A DNA stretch of 49,370 bases, from the NCBI RefSeq assembly GCF_001194135.2, contig NC_068989.1, positions 29,786,009 through 29,835,378 of the forward strand, given 5' to 3'. Source of the stretch: Octopus bimaculoides (taxonomy: Eukaryota). The stretch's first letter is position 1. The number at the start of each line of letters is the position of its first letter. The position numbers were made by a program, and so were the translations under genes. The notes under the pieces were generated by a model that searched no databases, was not told the origin of the DNA, and was given only the letters and a program-made list of their open reading frames with translations. Below are positions 23,940-37,099 of this stretch, piece after piece.

Positions 23940-24620
23940 TGAGTGGCCTTGTGTTTTTTCACAAAAGAGAAGAACCCATTTCTCCTCAGCTGTTCTTTGG
24001 CTATTGATGATGGTCTTCATGTATTGTTGGAGGTTATATATTTTTGATTTGAGCAGAGTGATAGCCGTTGAATATATGTGTGGCTGTTGGCAGTATTTTA
24101 GTTTGTTAATTATTTGTTTGTTCTTTTTATTTTTCTGTTTTGGGGAATTCTGCATTTAGTTTTGTTCACAGGCCTTGGTGGGATGTGTTTTGCACATATG
24201 TTTGTGACAGTTTCTACAAAGATTTGCCAAGATGTTTTGATGTTGGAGGAGGTGTGTGCATATGTGAAAGACCAGTTAACATGTAATATCTCATTCATGA
24301 TTGCAACTCAGTTGGCATAATAGAGATCCAGGTTATCAAATGGGTGGGCTGGAGAGAGGTCACTAGGATTAGCTTTTGGCTAGCGAAATCTCAGGTTACA
24401 GAGAACCATGTCATGGTCTGAAAAAAGGGTTTTTTCCATTGTAATATAATAGAGTTAGTGTGGTTACTAAATACTAGGTCTAAAATGTTCTGATATCTTG
24501 GTGCAAGGACATGTTGGGACAAGATAAACTCAGAAATAATATATTTCTAAATCTCTCAGAGAAATTTATGCAGTAGCAGCATGATAAAGTGATAGTATGT
24601 TGTCAACTTAATGTGACAGT
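23940..24620 (-). mobile_element. CR1/Jockey-like LINE endonuclease fragment
   Basis: QHVLAPRYQNILDLVFSN...FSDHDMVL followed by NW...SWQIFVETVTNICAKHIP. Confidence 0.7.
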
Positions 24621-24944
24621 CCTATAAAAGGAAGAATGCTACTGTTATTTAGCCCTAGGAAACACCGCTTCCTGTTGGACTTGACACATTTCCTGTGTCC
24701 TTATGCTTCCAAAGTGGAGACAAGCACCTCCACCAAGCAAAACCAGCATCCAGAGACTAGTTTCAGAGTCATTGCTCATCATCAGTCTGGAGTAGCATGG
24801 CTTGCTAGCTGAATTTTTTATTAAGACAATAAATGTCACACATAGCTGGTACAGCACAGGACAACACATACAAAAAGTTAATATGAGTTCGAATGATCCT
24901 TATTTAAAATTTTAATGAAATGATTAATTTTATACTATATAGTC

Positions 24945-27900
24945 TTTTTCCTTTTGGGGAGGGGATTATGCCCATTGCGTAAAAGGCCCAGCGGTTACCC
25001 TTTTCCTTTTTTTCCAATGCAGATTAAGTATCCACCTTTCTTAACACAGCCTTCCATCTTTCCTCAAACACACTTCTTAACAGAGTCCTTCTCTCCAGCC
25101 CTATCTTGCTCTTCAGATGATATCTGAAGTATCGTAGCAAACCAGAGCCAGAGAGGAAGGATCCTGTCATGAGTCCATCATTCTAGTCTTTCAAACACAT
25201 TCTTTCAACACAGCAGCTGTACAGAAAAAACATACCTCACCTTTTTTCGAGTCTGGTTGGTGGTACAATCTTTATTATAGATTCAGCCGATAGCTGTACT
25301 CTTCCCAGATGCGACAGCATGTGTTCAATGTAAATAATCAAGCCTGATAGCTCCCAACAATGTACAAAAGCGTGCTGGATGGTTTCATCGTCCAGCCCAC
25401 ATCTTGGACATGTCGTTGGTACTGACATTCTGTGCCTGGATAACTTATCGGAAACAGGTAAAGCGTTCCTGTAACACTGCCAGGTCAGGGATTTTTGGTA
25501 ATTACCCAAATACCCAGGCCTGAAAGTATTTTGAAACAGATTGGTAAGGTGGTTCTCATCAAACCCCAGACCCCTCCTAGGGCGTCATCGTCTTTATGCT
25601 CTACCAGCCCTCTATACAAAATCGAGGTGGTATTCTCACTACTGGCCTTGCTCGTCTTGTGGATAAGCACGAGTGCCTGTCGACACTCCTTTTGCCATTN
25701 NNNNNNNNNNNNNNNNNNNNNNNNNNNNNNNNNNNNNNNNNNNNNNNNNNNNNNNNNNNNNNNNNNNNNNNNNNNNNNNNNNNNNNNNNNNNNNNNNNNN
25801 NNNNNNNNNNNNNNNNNNNNNNNNNNNNNNNNNNNNNNNNNNNNNNNNNNNNNNNNNNNNNNNNNNNNNNNNNNNNNNNNNNNNNNNNNNNNNNNNNNNN
25901 NNNNNNNNNNNNNNNNNNNNNNNNNNNNNNNNNNNNNNNNNNNNNNNNNNNNNNNNNNNNNNNNNNNNNNNNNNNNNNNNNNNNNNNNNNNNNNNNNNNN
26001 NNNNNNNNNNNNNNNNNNNNNNNNNNNNNNNNNNNNNNNNNNNNNNNNNNNNNNNNNNNNNNNNNNNNNNNNNNNNNNNNNNNNNNNNNNNNNNNNNNNN
26101 NNNNNNNNNNNNNNNNNNNNNNNNNNNNNNNNNNNNNNNNNNNNNNNNNNNNNNNNNNNNNNNNNNNNNNNNNNNNNNNNNNNNNNNNNNNNNNNNNNNN
26201 NNNNNNNNNNNNNNNNNNNNNNNNNNNNNNNNNNNCAGTAAGTGATGACAGATGCAATAAACACCTGTACCACCTCCGCCCTTCCTTTCAAGGACAGAGC
26301 CCTTCTGGACCAAGTTCGGACTAGAGCCTCCACCTTGTCTGCCACCTCGCTCCAAACCAAACTCTAAGCAGTTTAACAGGACCATCTGTACAGTGACCCA
26401 CAACACTGGACGATATCGACTTGCTTCTCCAGGTGCCGAGGTGCAAACCAATGGAATTGTCATTGTTAACTTTTGCTCCTGACAATGCCTTGTATCCTTT
26501 GATAGCATCCTCTACACAAGGTAGCTGTGCTTCATTGGACACGATGAAGGTGATATCATCCGCATAACCAGAGACAGACTTACTGCATCCAATTATATTA
26601 GGGTTGCCTCCCAACTTCCACAGCAATGGCTCAAGAGCCAACACATACAGAAGCAGAGACAGGGGACACCCTTGACGAACTGAGCAGTTGATCGAAAACA
26701 GCTGACAGGTAACTGTTTATCTGGACAATGGATTTGATGTTGCTGTACATGGCAGAGATCCATACAGTGTCATCACTCCCAGACTCACAGAGCTGGGAAT
26801 CCTCCCATTCTTTTACCAGTTTGTGCAGACGCTGGCCAGCAGGTCCCTGAACAAGTCTCACATACTATGATAAAACTCATAGGGTAGACCATCCAGCTCC
26901 GGTGCACTCGGCCAACACCTCTTTTACTGCCACAGGAGTAATCGATCCTTCACAGCATTCCGCCTCCCGTGCTGAGAGTCACGGCCCACCGACTAGAAAG
27001 TCCTTTAAGGGCTCCCCACGCTCAAGTGCTCTGCCCCCCACCCAGGTGAAATGCTGGCGAAAGACCTTTAGCATCATTTCCTGTCCATAAATCTTGCACC
27101 TTTGTTCGTCAGTTAAAAACTTTATAGAGGCTTTTTTGCCCCTCTGACTCTCCACACGACTTGTCCATCCGGCAATGTTAACACGTTCTTGACCCACTGC
27201 ATGTAACTTAGCTCTAACTCTGCTGCCTTTGTGTTTGGCTTTGAGGTGATGGTACAAGGCCATTCTCACTGCCTGCACTCTAGAAGCAGAGCCAGAGTCC
27301 AAAGCCTCGTCTAAATTCTTAACTAATTCCCCTTCTATTCTAGATCTATCTAAACTTTGCTGATTGCCAAATCTAATAGTCTCTAAACAAATGGCTATCT
27401 TGAGGGCGTGCCACCATCTATTATTAATAATGGCACCACATAGTGCCCTCTGTACTAACTCCTTAATCCAGGTACAGAAGGCTTTACAAGTCAAAATAGA
27501 CTTGTTCATCTTCCAGTACCCAGGTCCCTGTCTATGATATTTATCTATGCGTACCTCACATGTCACAAATTTGTGGTCCGTGTAAGGTACAACAAAAATT
27601 GTGGACAGTTAAAAGTATCTCTATCTCTATCTCTAATGAATACCCTATCTATGTAAGATCTGCTTGAGCCATTGTTATTACTCCATGTCCACTGTGGAAC
27701 GCTCAGCTCATCCAGTCTGTAATGGTCTACTAGATTTTAGCTCTCTAGTAGACCTTTGAGGCCAGGATTTCCCTTCCTATCAGTCAAGCCAACACTATCC
27801 ACCCATGCATTGAGGATAGTGTTAAAGTCTCCTAACAGAACTACCGTTTCTGACGTCACTAAAAAGTGCTCCAGGTCTTGAAAAAAACCAGACTGCCATG

Positions 27901-28560
27901 CTCATTAGAAGCGGAGAAAGCTACCGACCTGAAGGACTGTTTACTTTTGTGGGTCACATCCAGGACGACCAGCCTACCTTCTGGATCCAGAAAGACAGTT
28001 CTTACCTGTATATCCAAGTTCTTCCTGAATAAGACCACCACGCCCCCTCCCCCTTGTCGGCTAGGAGCAATAAATTTCTCGTAGCCATTCAAGAAAGACA
28101 AGAACACTTGTGGTCCACTCATCTTGGACTNNNNNNNNNNNNNNNNNNNNNNNNNNNNNNNNNNNNNNNNNNNNNNNNNNNNNNNNNNNNNNNNNNNNNN
28201 NNNNNNNNNNNNNNNNNNNNNNNNNNNNNNNNNNNNNNNNNNNNNNNNNNNNNNNNGACCAGCCTACCTTCTGGATCCAGAAAGACAGTTCTTACCTGTA
28301 TATCCAAGTTCTTCCTGAATAAGACCACCACGCCCCCTCCCCCTTGTCGGCTAGGAGCAATAAATTTCTCGTAGCCATTCAAGAAAGGCAAGAACACTTG
28401 TGGTCCACTCATCTTGGACTCAGTTACAATGCATACATCTATATCATGTGACCTGAGGTTGTCCAGGAAACAAATTTGTTTCCATTTTGACCCCAGACCA
28501 TGCACATTCATGCACCCTAACTTAATCGATATGGTATAAAAATTTCTAAAAGAGGTACTT
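24945..28560 (-). mobile_element. Tx1/L1-clade LINE ORF2, decayed, with gaps
   Basis: EN start IKLGCMNVHGLG, VLLGDFN, GPGYWKMNKSIL; RT SGYADDITFIV; C-terminal CPRCGLDDETIQHAFVHC zinc knuckle. Confidence 0.9.
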
Positions 28561-28719
28561 GCAGTTTAAGTTTGGGGAGGGGCTGCACAAATCTGCCTAC
28601 CTCCCCATCTTTCTCTTTACTTGGTGTAGCCACTGGGCTTTTTCCACGTGTGGCAGCTGGACTTACAATAAGCCTCCCCTCCGCCACATCGGAGCTGACA
28701 TCTCTTATATCCTCAGGAT

Positions 28720-29874
28720 AGTGAAATTTCAGCTCCGAAAAAAGGGTTCTGTCCATTTTAGCAAGTTTTACATCTTTTGGTGTGTCTTCAGTTTGTTTAT
28801 AAGTTCTTGCCTTGTGATGGTGTTTGATCACTTTTGCTAACGGTTCATTATTTTCCTTGCACATGACAATTTTTTCTTCAACAGAATTAATTGTATGTGC
28901 TTTACCATCAAGAGTGAACTTGTAAACATTCCATTTAAGTATTGTAAATAATGGCTTTGACTGTCTTCCATTTTGTCTTAGCATTCCATTTACAAAAGTA
29001 TTTTCTATGTATTCAATAATAGCAATGCATTTTCAGGTGCATTGCAGTCCCATTAGTACAACAGCAAAAGGCAGAAAGGCCAAAGGGTTCACTTTTTAAC
29101 AGATAAAGAAAAGTCTATATCATTATTATAAAGATTTACAAGTCCCAATTGCTGAATGTTTCTTCAGGTCGATTGGCAGAAATGGAAAAAACAGAAATGC
29201 ACAGCCATGTCACCAAAAGCATGTAGAAATGCATTTCGAGCTGCCAGTTCAAAGTCTATGCTCACCTCTGTTATGTCATTTTCAATTCTATGAGCTTCCA
29301 TCCCTTCAACAAGAGTATACAACATTTTAACATAAATTTCTTCTGACTTCCCTGGTAGCAATACAAAAACAAGAAGATGTATTTCACTGTGGATTTCGAC
29401 ATGAATTGTAGCCATTAGAGCAAAGTTTATCTTTTCCCCGAGTTGTTTTCATATATCTATGTTGGGGTTTGATCTGTAACTAAAATATGATGAATGAATA
29501 ATAAGCTTCACAACTCAAAAACATTAAGATATATCTAATGACTTAACGAGGAAACTGAAATTTATGCATTTAGTGTCATAAAACAATGAAGTCATTATAC
29601 CAAAATAATCATTAGACAATAGTTCTTTGTACAAAAAGAATTATTAGACTATAGTTATTTAGATCATTTTACATGTCTTTTTTTTTGAGATTCTGTAGAC
29701 AAAATAGTTATTAGACCAAAGTGAGTTTAGACTAAAAATTGCTTTATACTAAATGGCATTTAGACAAAAATGCCTTTAGACTATAGTGTATTTACAAAAA
29801 AGTCACTTTAGACCAAAGTTCTTTAGATCACAGCACACTGGACCAAAGTGTTTTAGATGGAAAGTCCTCGATCC
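28720..29874 (-). mobile_element. Mutator-like (MULE) transposon remnant with one terminus
   Basis: VFVLLPGKSEEIY, IDFELAARNAF, FCFFHFCQS, PLFTILKWNVYKFTLDG..TINSVE; subterminal 15-16-bp ttagac(c/t)aaa repeats at 29640-29874. Confidence 0.82.
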
Positions 29875-29975
29875 ATACACACACACACACATATATATAA
29901 ATACATATATGTACATATACATAAAAATATATGTATACATATATATAAATATATATGTACATACATATATATATA

Positions 29976-30013
<38 letters not shown>

Positions 30014-30030
30014 TATAGATCTACACACGT

Positions 30031-32182
30031 CATCATTATTATTATCATTGTTTAACATCCGCTTTCCAAGCTGGCAAGTTTTTGACGGTTTGACTGAGGA
30101 CTGGCAAACCAGAAGGCTGCACCAGGCTCCAATCTGATCGGGCAAGGTTTCTATAGCTGGATGTTGTTCCTAACGCAAATGACTCCGAGAGCATAGCGGG
30201 TGCTTTTTATGTGCCATCAGCACAGGAACCAGTCAGGTGGCACTGGCAATGACCATGCTCAAATGGTGCTTTTTACATGCCAGTGGCACGGGAGCCAGTC
30301 AGGCAGTACTGGCAACAACCACACTTGAATGGTATTTTTTATGTGCTACCGGCACAGGAGCTAGTCCAATGGGACTGGCGTCAACCATGATTGAATGGTG
30401 CTTTTTATGTGCCACCAGCACAGGTGCCAGTCACGCAGACTAGCATCGGCCACGACAATGATTTCACTCAACTCAACAGGTCTTCTCAAGCACAGTATAT
30501 TGCCCAGTGATTAAAGGGTACTCTTAAATGGGCCTGTTATGTGACATTGGCATAGGGCCACGGCTATGGTCAAACTTGGCTTGCCGGGTCTTCTCTAGCA
30601 CAGCATATCTCCAAAGGTCTCAGTTGATTGTCATTGTTTCCCTGAGGCTCAATGTTCGAAGGTCGTGCTTCACCACCTCATCCCAGGCCTCTCTGGGTCT
30701 ACCTCTTCCACAGGTTCCCTCCACTGTTAGGGTGTGACACAGTTTCACACAGCTGTCCTCATCCATATGCAATACATGACCACACTAGCAGTCGTCTCTC
30801 TTGCATGCTACATCTGATGCTTCTTGTGTTCAACTTTTCTCTCAGAGAGCTTACACTCTGTCGTGTATGCACACTTACATTACATATCCAGTGGCGCATA
30901 CTAGTTTCATTTCTTGCAAGCTTACGCATGTCCTCAGCAGTCACAGCCCACGTTTCACTGCCGATTAGCATGGCTGTTCGTACACATGTGTCATACAGTC
31001 TACCTTTCACTCTGAGTGAGAGGCCACTTGTTACCAGCCAAGGTAGGAGCTCTATGAACTTTGCCCAGGCTATTCTTATTCTAGCAGCTACACTCTCAGA
31101 GCATCTGTCTCTGCTACTGACATGGTCACCTAGGTAACGGAAGCTATCAACTACTTCTAGTTTTACCCTCTGGCATGTGATGGAAGCTGTTTTCTGCACA
31201 TTTTCAGTGTTTATTGCCCCTGTGCATCTGCCACACACAAAAACTGTCTCCCCAGTTAGCCTTCCTTTGAGATTGCTGCACCTCTTATGTGTCCATAGCT
31301 TATACCGGGCACATCTTATGGAGCTTCTACCTACGCCTTTTCTACAGATCAAGCAGGGCCATCTACCCGAAGGAGTTTGTGGTTTATCTGCATTCCTACT
31401 TACTAAGACTTTGGTTTTTGCTAGATTGACTCTAAGGCACTTCGATTCTAGACCTTGCTTCCACACCTGAAACTTTTCCTGTAGTCCTGATAGTGACTCA
31501 GCAATTAGTGCAAGATCATCAGCATAGAGGAGCTCCCAGGGGCATTCTGTCTCAAATTCCTCTGTTATTGCCTGGAAGACAATGATGAAGGAGAGGGGGC
31601 TGAGGAATTATCCTTGGTGGACTCCTACCCCTACCCAGAATTTTTCACTATACTTGTCAACCCTCACCTTACTAACAGTATCCTGTAAATGGCTTGTACA
31701 GCTCTCACTAACCATTCATCTATCTCTAGTTTCTGCATTAACCACTGGATAAGGGATTGGGAGAGCCTGTCAAAGGCTTTCTCCATGTCAACGAAAGCCA
31801 AGTAGAAAGGTTTATCTTTGGCTAGGTATTTCTTGTGCAGCTGTCTTACCAGAAATATAGCATCAGTGGTGCTTCTCCCTGGCATAAACCAAAACTGCAT
31901 CCCATTTAAACTAACTCTCTCCCTAATTAGTTGGGTTATGACCCTCTCTGTGACTTTCATTACCTGATCCAACAATTTGATACGTCTGTAATTATTATCT
32001 TATGCATCACCTTTACCTTTGCAGCAGTTGACTATGGTGCTGCTACACCTGTCATTGGGTATGACACATTCATGTATCACCTAATTGATTATACAGGTGA
32101 CTAGACTATAGCCTACACCTCCAGATATTTTAAGCATCTGTGCTGTGATTCTTGATGGGCTGGGGGCCTACCCTGTCTTCAT
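30031..32182 (-). mobile_element. RTE-clade LINE, 5'-truncated
   Basis: FMPGRSTTDAIF, LAFVDMEKAFD, LLYADDL, DSFRYLG, GSETW; four 66-bp 3' UTR units at 30201, 30267, 30333 and 30399. Confidence 0.92.
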
Positions 32183-32242
32183 ACATATATCATCATTAGA
32201 CGTTAAACAACGATGCTGCTGCTGCTGATGATGATATATATG

Positions 32243-32291
<49 letters not shown>

Positions 32292-32339
32292 GTAGAAATA
32301 TATACATAAGAAGTTAGATAACATTATATGTAATGATAC

Positions 32340-32960
32340 CAGTGGTATCTGCCCTAGATATAGAAACAAAGACTGGAATAGGATACTAAGAACTTGTGAC
32401 AAAACAAACAGGGTGAACATATGGTATAAAACCGACAAATATCAAGGAGAGATGTTTGTAGAGGTCACAGCCCATGGAGAACTAGCTTGTAGATTTAGGA
32501 AAACTCTGAAGGAGACCAAATTCAGCATTAAGATTGTTGAAAAGCTAGGGAACTCCATCAGATTACAACTATGTATCATGTACCCCTTTGAGAATACCAT
32601 ATGCACCAATGATAACTGCATGGTATGTAGGATTAGCCCTGGTATTAACTGTAGAACCAGAAATGTAGTTTACAGCATAAGATGCATAGAAGGTGCTTGT
32701 AAAAACATGAACATGCTATACATAAGGGAAACATCTAGGAGCACTGTAGAAAGACTAAATGAACATCTGAAACAATATGATGACAAAAAACAGTCCTCCA
32801 TACTCAACCAGCATGCCAAGGACCAACATGGAGGCAACCTGGGTCAACTTGACATCCGCATTTTATTGAAGCACCCAAAGGAGCCAACACTCTGACAAAG
32901 AGAGGAGTACGTCCTCGTAAATGAAACATCCCCGGTACTAAATAGGAAATATATGTAGTA
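32340..32960 (+). mobile_element. Penelope-like GIY-YIG endonuclease fragment (third family)
   Basis: CTNDNCMVC...NCRTRNVVYSIRC...C...YIRETSRSTVERLNEH (GIY-YIG with a G>R change); TGA at the conserved R of RQxxE. Confidence 0.8.
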
Positions 32961-32989
32961 GATATCATATCCCCATACCCACTGGTAGA

Positions 32990-33545
32990 GCAGAATGGTT
33001 AGTGAGCTGTTATGCAGATAGATGTATGTATGAGTGAGTGTGAGTGTGTGTATATGTATGTGCACATGTATGTATGCATATGGATATGAATGTAAACAGA
33101 TAGACATACAGATGGATAGATGCATAGGTTATATGAACAGACAAGCACACATACACACACACACACACAAAGATTGAAACACATGACCATATATAAACAC
33201 ACACACACTTCACTTCACACAAGGACACATATGGAGACACATGTCCACACATATGGAGATACACATCCATACATATAGACACAGTACACAGTTACAAAAA
33301 AAACAATACACACAGAGAAACACTCAGACATGCACACACAAGGAGACAGAGGTACACACACACTCACTTAAAAACACATAAACACAGACACACAAACACA
33401 TGAATATGCAGGCAGAATACACACATACAAACGTACATACATATGCACCCACACACATACATGCATACACACACATGCATGCATACATACATACATGTGT
33501 ATGTACATACACACTGACCCACACACATGTGCACAAACAAACAAA
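32990..33545. repeat. Compound (GT)/(CA)/(CATA) microsatellite tract
   Basis: Direct reading; accounts for the spurious C/V/M-rich ORFs. Confidence 0.9.
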
Positions 33546-33770
33546 AAGAATGCAGCTTCAATAACAGAGTCAACAATTATTGAAAAGGTTGCAAGACACA
33601 ACAAAAATTTTAGTAAAATAAATAAGTAAATGAGAGGAAATTTTACTGGTGAGCGTGTTAAATTATAAGGCACTAAAAGAGAATGACTCTTCCCAGACAC
33701 AACAGAATATACAGTACATTTGTTTGTTTTCTACACCACGTCTTCATCTTTTGTTTGTTTGTGAATTCTC

Positions 33771-33802
<32 letters not shown>

Positions 33803-34230
33803 NNNNNNNNNNNNNNNNNNNNNNNNNNNNNNNNNNNNNNNNNNNNNNNNNNNNNNNNNNNNNNNNNNNNNNNNNNNNNNNNNNNNNNNNNNNNNNNNNN
33901 NNNNNNNNNNNNNNNNNNNNNNNNNNNNNNNNNNNNNNNNNNNNNNNNNNNNNNNNNNNNNNNNNNNNNNNNNNNNNNNNNNNNNNNNNNNNNNNNNNNN
34001 NNNNNNNNNNNNNNNNNNNNNNNNNNNNNNNNNNNNNNNNNNNNNNNNNNNNNNNNNNNNNNNNNNNNNNNNNNNNNNNNNNNNNNNNNNNNNNNNNNNN
34101 NNNNNNNNNNNNNNNNNNNNNNNNNNNNNNNNNNNNNNNNNNNNNNNNNNNNNNNNNNNNNNNNNNNNNNNNNNNNNNNNNNNNNNNNNNNNNNNNNNNN
34201 NNNNNNNNNNNNNNNNNNNNNNNNNNNNNN

Positions 34231-35370
34231 TAGTCTCGAAAGTAATGACAACCTTTGAGAAAGAGGGAAAAATCTCCTTGTCAAAACAAAACTCTGGAAG
34301 AAAACTGAAACTTTCAGATAGGGACTGTCGGACTCTTATGCGAATTGTTAGCAAGGATCACAAAAGTACAGCTTCCAAAATTATTACAGAGCTTAATGAC
34401 TACCTCAAGAACCCAGTTTCCACAAAAACTGTTCACTGGGAGCTGCACAAAGCCGGATTTCACAGGAGGGCTGCAATCAGAAAACCACTACTTTCAAAAG
34501 CAAACATTGCAAAGCGTTTAGAGTGGAGTAAAAACCAAGAAACATATCAATGACCGCAAAAAGTGGAAAATAACTGTTGAGGCCCTATGCTCCACAAGGG
34601 ACAAAAAGGATTAAGAAGAAGAAAAATCTACAGAATTGATCCCTAGAGCAGTGGAAGTATGTTATTTTTTCGGAAGAGTCATCCATTACCTTATTTCTGA
34701 CCACCGGCTGAGTATACGTGTGGAGACATCCAAAAGAAGCATTTGACCAAGACTGCCTTCTACCAACTGTTAAACATAGAGGAGAATCTGTGATGATCTG
34801 CGGGGCTATATCTTGGAAATACACCAGCCCAATGGTTTCCCTTTGTGGAAGAATTAATAGTCAAGACTATATTTAAGCATTTTATCTGATCAAATTCCTC
34901 CTATGGTTGTGGAACTGTTTCCGGAGGGAAACACACTCTTTCAGGATGATAATGCACCAATTCAGACAGCTAAAGTTGTTACTGAATGGCATGAGGAACA
35001 TTCTAGTGAAGTTGAACATCTTATCTGGTCACCACNNNNNNNNNNACTGAATGGCATGAGGAACATTCTAGTGAAGTTGAACATCTTATCTGGTCACCAC
35101 AGTCCCCAGATCTCAGTATTATTGAACATTTATGGTGCATTTTAGGAACACAACTAGGGAGTCAAAATCTTCCACCATCGTCACTACAAGAACTGGAGAC
35201 TGTTTTAGCTGAAGAATGGACAAAAATTCCTTTGGAAACAATTCAAACTTTGTACGAGACCATACCTCGTAGAATTGAAGTTGTAATTACTGCCAAAGGT
35301 GGTCCTACCCTATATTAAAATAAATTTGTTTGAAATTTTAAGGTGTTTCCATTATTTTGTCCAACCCCTG
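34231..35370 (+). mobile_element. Tc1-family DNA transposon with DD36E spacing, decayed; 5' end in gap
   Basis: NSGRKLKLSDRD, KPLLS, PTVKH, FQDDNAP...SPDLSIIE, AKGGPTLY*. Right TIR is aggtgtttccattattttgtccaacccctg. Confidence 0.9.
34537..34621 (+). mobile_element. 85-bp RTE LINE 3' tip nested in the Tc1
   Basis: KKHINDRKKWKITVEALCSTRDKKD* plus (AAG)n tail. Interrupts Tc1 KRLEWSKN|LQN, with aaaaac/aaaaat flanks. Confidence 0.75.
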
Positions 35371-35380
35371 AATATATATA

Positions 35381-35776
35381 TTCTCTTATTTGTTTCAGTC
35401 ATTTGACTGGGGCCATGCTGGATCACCAGCTTTAGTCAAACAAATCGCCCCCAGAACTTATTCTTTGTAAGCCTAGTACTTTTTCTATTGGTTCTTTCGC
35501 CAAACCGTTAAGTTATGGGGACGTAGACATGCCACCATCGGTTGTCAAGCGATGGTGGCTGACAAATACAGGCACACAAGCACACACACACACATATATA
35601 TATATACATACATGATGGGCTTCTTTCAGTTTCTGTCTACTAAATCCACTCACAAGGTTTTGGTCAGCCCGAGGCTATAGTAGAAAACACTTGCGCAAGG
35701 TGCCATGCAGTGGGACTGAACCCGGAACCATGTGGTTGGTAAGCAAGCTACTTACCACACAGCCACTCTTGCGCCT
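35381..35776 (-). mobile_element. tRNA-derived SINE with internal microsatellite
   Basis: Head aggcgcaagagtggctgtgtggtaag...gggttcagtccc, then caccttgcgcaagtg and an internal (CA)/(TA) tract. Confidence 0.8.
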
Positions 35777-35868
35777 GTATGTATATGAATATATATAACC
35801 ACAAGAGCTCAAAGCACTCCCCACTTCTGGCGCTGTAATTAGAAACCTAGTTTCAGGCATTAGCAAAT

Positions 35869-36468
35869 CATCATCATCATCATCATCATCATCGTTTAAC
35901 ATCTGCCTTCCATGTTAGCATGGGTTGGACGATTTGACTGAGGACTGATGAACCAGATGGCTGCACCAGGCTCCAATCTGATTTGCCAGAGTTTCTACAG
36001 CTGGATGCCCTTCCTAACGCCAACCACTCCGAGAGTGTAGTGGGTGCTTTTATGTGCCACCGGCACAAAGGCCAGTCAGGTGGTACACGCTTAAAATGGT
36101 GTATTTTACATGCTACCTGCACAGGAGCCAGTCCAGCAGCACTGGCAACAACCTCGCTTGAATGTTTTTTTCATGTGCCAGTAAGGCGACGCTGGTAACG
36201 ATCGCACTCAAATGGTGCTATTAACGTGCTACTGGCACGGAAGCAAGACAGCTGCTCTGGCAATGATCACTCTCAGTCAGTGCTCTTTGCGCTCCACTTG
36301 GTACAGGTGCCATCATGATTTCGATTTCACTTGCCCCAACAGGTCCTTGCAAGCCGAGTTTAGTGTCCAATGAAGGAGAGGTTGGCATGGGTGCCAGTCG
36401 TCGAATTTGGTTCGATTTCGATTTCACTTGCCTCAACAGGTCTTCGCAAGCAGACTTTAGTGTCCACA
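35869..36468 (-). mobile_element. RTE 3' UTR-only copy with (GAT)n tail
   Basis: (atc)n tail then gtttaacatctgccttccatgttagcatggg, homologous to 13590-14050. Confidence 0.8.
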
Positions 36469-36469
36469 G

Positions 36470-36790
36470 CTAACAGATCTTTAATAGGGCTGCTCCCACA
36501 GTACAATGATGCTTTGGTTAGGAGTAAGTTTACTGAGAAGCTCATATATGTAGACGCTTCCCAAACCCACTCTCCTCACCCCAAAACGATTAGGAAAAGG
36601 AAAACTATCTTGTTCAAGCACCCCCACTTCAACCTAGAATTTTCTACCAATGTAGATAGGAGCTTCCATTCCTTAATTATGAAACATTTCCCCAGAGGCC
36701 TTAAGTATCACATACTCTTCAACCTCCATAATGTCAAGGTGAGCTACTCCTGCTTAGACATTATCACACACATTAACAGATGTAAAAATG
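36470..36790 (+). mobile_element. Second Naiad-type PLE fragment (RT-EN linker)
   Basis: PQYNDAL...RKRKTILFKHPHFNLEFSTNVDRSFHSLIMKHFPRGLKYHILFNLHNVKVSYSC resembles the Naiad RKRNIIWFNPPF...NVKVSYSC motif. Confidence 0.75.
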
Positions 36791-37099
36791 CACCCACACA
36801 TATATATAACATCCACTGAGTGGTGTAGTAGTATTATAGTTAGCTGCTGCAATGGTAAAGGTGATGCTTTATACAGGAAGAACTACAGAGGTATCAAACT
36901 GCTGTACCAGGCTTTGAAAGTTACAGAGGGAGTTATAGCTCACATGCACACACAAAAACACACATGCATGGCTACACCAATGCACCCACACATGAGCCAC
37001 TTTGCCCCTCTCTCTCACTCACACACACACGTACATGTACCTCCACACATATCCATATGCACACACACACATATATATATATATACACAGACACACAAG

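Noticed and set aside
24645-24869. ORF with LWMLVLLGGG resembling the ANKZF1 VLRF1 domain
   Set aside because: Lacks the following HFAG motif, is in the wrong order relative to the other exons, and has no convincing splice sites.
29786-30145. Tyr/Ile/Val/Cys-rich ORFs (also 32196-33700)
   Set aside because: Translations of (AT)n and (GT)n microsatellites.
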